Source: Candidatus Methylomirabilales bacterium (lineage in GTDB: Bacteria; Methylomirabilota; Methylomirabilia; Methylomirabilales; CSP1-5). From it: a stretch of 34,149 nt of DNA. The notes under the pieces were generated by a model. The model was not told where the DNA came from and made no database searches. It worked only from the letters and a program-made list of their open reading frames with translations. The position numbers were made by a program, and so were the translations under genes. Location: the NCBI GenBank assembly GCA_046758405.1, contig JBHIAD010000002.1:1-34149 (forward strand), read 5' to 3'. Numbering within the stretch: position 1 is the stretch's first letter; each line of letters begins with the position of its first letter. This document shows positions 32,101 to 34,149 of the stretch, piece after piece.

Positions 32101-33255
32101 CTAATCCCGCCCACGCCGCTCGTGGCGGTGATGGCGGTCCCGGTGGTGCCGCTCGATCCGGCCCGACCTCTCATGCCGATCCCTCGAACGACGCTCCATC
32201 TTTTCCAGCCTTTCGACTTTCTTATGGCGAAGCCGCTCGATCTTCGAGCGATCACGGCCCCGGATGCTGTGGTCAAGATCCTTACCCCTGGAATGTCCGC
32301 GGCTGATCTCTCGACTGGTGTCGCCTCGGCCTTTTCCTCTGCCTCGACCCTCGGCTTCCTCACCCCTGTGGGGCCCCCGGTCTCCGTGCCTGCCGTCATG
32401 GCCGAACTCGCGTCGAACAACTCCGTCCTCCACCTTGATCTCGAAGGGCCTCCCCTCAAAGGTTCCCTCGATCTTCACCTCACGGAGGCCGGCGGGGAGA
32501 TCCCGGAGAAGCTCATCAGGATTGGTCGTGACCCCTTCGATCTTGAGCTGATCCCGCTCCCGCTTGACCTCGAAGGGCCTCCCCTCAAAGGTCCCCTCGA
32601 TCTTCACCTCACGGAGGCCGGCGGGGAGACCGATAATGTCCGCGGGATTTACGGCCACGTCCTCGATCTTCACCTGCTCGATATCAGGCTGGGCAAGAAT
32701 GGCTTGGATCTGGGCAGGTGCAAGGTCCACACCCTCGACCTTGACCTCGCCCCGCTCCCGCTGGATCTCGAAGGGCATTCCGGCAGGGGTGACGCCCTCG
32801 ATCTTCACCTCGCGGAGATCGGGACCAACCATCGTGATATCGATCCCCGTGGGATCCACCACGACGTCCTGGATTTTCAGCTGCTCAACTCCCGGTTGAG
32901 TCAGGTGCGCCTGGATCTGCTCAGGCGTGAGGTCCACCCCTTCGAACTCCACCTCGCCCCGCTCCCGCTTGATCTCGAAGGGTCTCCCCTCAAAGATCCC
33001 CTCGATCTTCACCTCACGGAGATCGGGAGCAATGTTCGTGACATCGATCGTGACGGGATCGACGGTGACATCTTGGATCTTGACCTGCTCGACGCCCGCC
33101 CCAGGGTTAAGCAACACGTCGTTGATCGCAGCCGCATCCAGAGCCAGGGCGACGTCTCCTTGGATCTTCAGTTCGCCAGGATCGGCAGCTCCTGCAACCG
33201 CAGCCCGGAGAAGGATCGCTGCCGCAGCTCCCACTAAGATGCTCCGTGTACACAT
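32101..33255 (-). CDS. secreted tandem-repeat protein with extremely charged Arg/His/Asp/Glu C-terminal tail
   Basis: ATG 33255 lies 7 nt after AGGAGG. The signal peptide is MCTRSILVGAAAAILLRAAVAGAADP. It has ~69-aa repeats (GVEQxKIQDVxVDPxxIDxTxxxPDLREVKIEGxFEGRPFEIKRERGEVxxEGVDLxPxQIQAxL) and a tail ...RSRDRHERSGRIERHHRDRHHRHERRGRD. Confidence 0.8.
   Translation of the reverse strand: MCTRSILVGAAAAILLRAAVAGAADPGELKIQGDVALALDAAAINDVLLNPGAGVEQVKIQDVTVDPVTIDVTNIAPDLREVKIEGIFEGRPFEIKRERGEVEFEGVDLTPEQIQAHLTQPGVEQLKIQDVVVDPTGIDITMVGPDLREVKIEGVTPAGMPFEIQRERGEVKVEGVDLAPAQIQAILAQPDIEQVKIEDVAVNPADIIGLPAGLREVKIEGTFEGRPFEVKRERDQLKIEGVTTNPDELLRDLPAGLREVKIEGTFEGRPFEIKVEDGVVRREFGHDGRHGDRGPHRGEEAEGRGRGKGRGDTSREISRGHSRGKDLDHSIRGRDRSKIERLRHKKVERLEKMERRSRDRHERSGRIERHHRDRHHRHERRGRD
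32438..33025 (-). repeat. intragenic tandem DNA repeats (4 copies of the LREVKIEG-FEGRPFE core)
   Basis: Core copies start near 32438, 32566, 32764 and 32971 (spacings 128, 198 and 207 nt). Copies at 32438 and 32566 share about 62 nt that are almost identical (ctcgaagggcctcccctcaaaggtYccctcgatcttcacctcacggaggccggcggggaga). Confidence 0.8.
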
Positions 33256-33411
33256 GGACATACCTCCTTTCCCGAGCTTGCTTGCCCGCTTCCTGCTTCT
33301 CGATCGCCTAGCCACTAGACCTGCCCCTCCCCTCGCGGGCAGTTACGGGGAATACCAAGGCGAGGGTCCCATGCCGCTCGGCGAAACGCGGGTTATCATC
33401 CCACCCCGACA

Positions 33412-34035
33412 TTACGACTGACGGTCACTCTCCCTCGGCCGGAAGATCGGCTGGATGAATTGCATCACTGCCCCTGGAATCTCCTGCAGTTCGAACCCCG
33501 CCTCAACCCCTGACCGATTCTCCCCGAGGAACACCTGGTAGGCCAGCCCTTCAACCATAGCAAATAGGATACTCCGGAGCAGGGCGGGTTTGATGGGGTG
33601 GATTTCACCCCGGTCCACGGCAGCCTGGATTGCTTCCTCAAGAATCCGGTTGAAGTGCAGGACCTCGGGCTGGAGGTGCCCGTCGACCCCCTCTCGCCTG
33701 GCGAACTCGAGGAACAGGGCGGCGATGGGGTCCCGCCGCTCGGCGAAGTCGAGGACGACGAACAGGAGGGTTTCGAGAACCTGCCGGAAGTCCATATCCG
33801 CCCGGAGCTTCGCCATAAGCTGCTCGTTCATGTTCGCCCAGGTCGCATTGAAGGCCGCCTTGAGAATGCCCTCCTTGCTACCGAACCAGGCGTAAAGCTT
33901 GAACCGCGAGACCCCCGTCTCCTTGCTGATGTCATCCAGGGTGGTTCCGTCGAAGCCCCTCGCACGGAAGAGGTCCGCTGCCACGCCAATGACCGCCTCG
34001 CGGTCCATCTGTTCCCGCCTACGCCGATGTTTCAT
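33412..34035 (-). CDS. TetR-family transcriptional regulator
   Basis: The HTH region is VIGVAADLFRARGFDGTTLDDISKETGVSRFKLYAWFGSKEGIL. ATG 34035 was chosen; the ORF track's GTG start is at 34047. Confidence 0.9.
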   Translation of the reverse strand: MKHRRRREQMDREAVIGVAADLFRARGFDGTTLDDISKETGVSRFKLYAWFGSKEGILKAAFNATWANMNEQLMAKLRADMDFRQVLETLLFVVLDFAERRDPIAALFLEFARREGVDGHLQPEVLHFNRILEEAIQAAVDRGEIHPIKPALLRSILFAMVEGLAYQVFLGENRSGVEAGFELQEIPGAVMQFIQPIFRPRESDRQS

Positions 34036-34084
34036 TTCGCATCCCACGCTGTAAACCGTGACTTACACCACGAATGAACTCCTA

Positions 34085-34118
34085 ATAATACTGTGAGTAT
34101 GGTTTTGTCAAGAACCAT
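34085..34118 (-). promoter_or_regulatory. candidate promoter plus TetR operator palindrome
   Basis: The minus strand has TTGACA (34111-34106), a 15-nt spacer and TATTAT (34090-34085). The inverted repeat ATGGTT-N8-AACCAT (34099-34118) covers the -35 element. Confidence 0.35.
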
Positions 34119-34149
34119 TTTCGTGATCGTCGGTCCTTTCCTTACATCG

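Noticed and set aside
32438-33025. Regularly spaced direct repeats that could superficially resemble a CRISPR array
   Set aside because: The repeats are in-frame coding repeats of a secreted protein, with variable spacing (128, 198 and 207 nt) and diverged sequences. There is no repeat-spacer architecture, and no cas genes are in the window.
31972-33237. 421-aa plus-strand ORF antisense to the repeat-protein gene
   Set aside because: Its periodicity simply mirrors the minus-strand coding repeats. The minus frame has an AGGAGG SD, a signal peptide and a perfect terminator, and the plus frame has none of these.

Overview
G+C-rich bacterial chromosomal window (no rRNA, tRNA, CRISPR, transposase or integrase seen by eye), dominated by signal transduction and envelope or transport genes. 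About 30 supportable CDSs. These include seven PilZ-domain genes in three architectures: 3 tandem-PilZ, 2 single-PilZ and 2 receiver(REC)-PilZ. Also present are a HAMP/class III nucleotidyl cyclase translationally coupled to a TPR-like lipoprotein, and a REC-PAS-GAF histidine kinase. Other genes are rpsU plus an RRM RNA-binding protein, a CBS-pair protein, a TetR-MFP-RND efflux operon, and a CPA1 Na+/H+ antiporter. The rest are NDH-2, a class-I flavoprotein disulfide reductase, a TatD-like hydrolase plus a MarC-family membrane protein, an outer-membrane beta-barrel, a secreted tandem-repeat protein and a second TetR. Four observations stand out. (1) A full-length exported DUF3179 gene (26321-27391, minus) is interrupted only by one in-frame TGA. 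That TGA sits where the family's conserved CxxC cysteine should be, with a SECIS-like hairpin just downstream, so it is a candidate new selenoprotein; a very recent pseudogene is the alternative. (2) Ten well-placed, correctly oriented sigma-54 (-24/-12) promoter matches lie in front of the PilZ, cyclase, kinase, lipoprotein and TatD units, with no enhancer-binding protein in the window. (3) A composite module [DUF3179 3' fragment]-[sigma-54 promoter]-[REC-PilZ]-[convergent DUF3179] is present twice, one copy decayed. (4) A secreted protein has ~69-aa tandem repeats and an extreme Arg/His/Asp/Glu tail. All family assignments come from motif recognition by eye. No database search was run, and start codons are often uncertain because the high G+C content produces many shadow ORFs.
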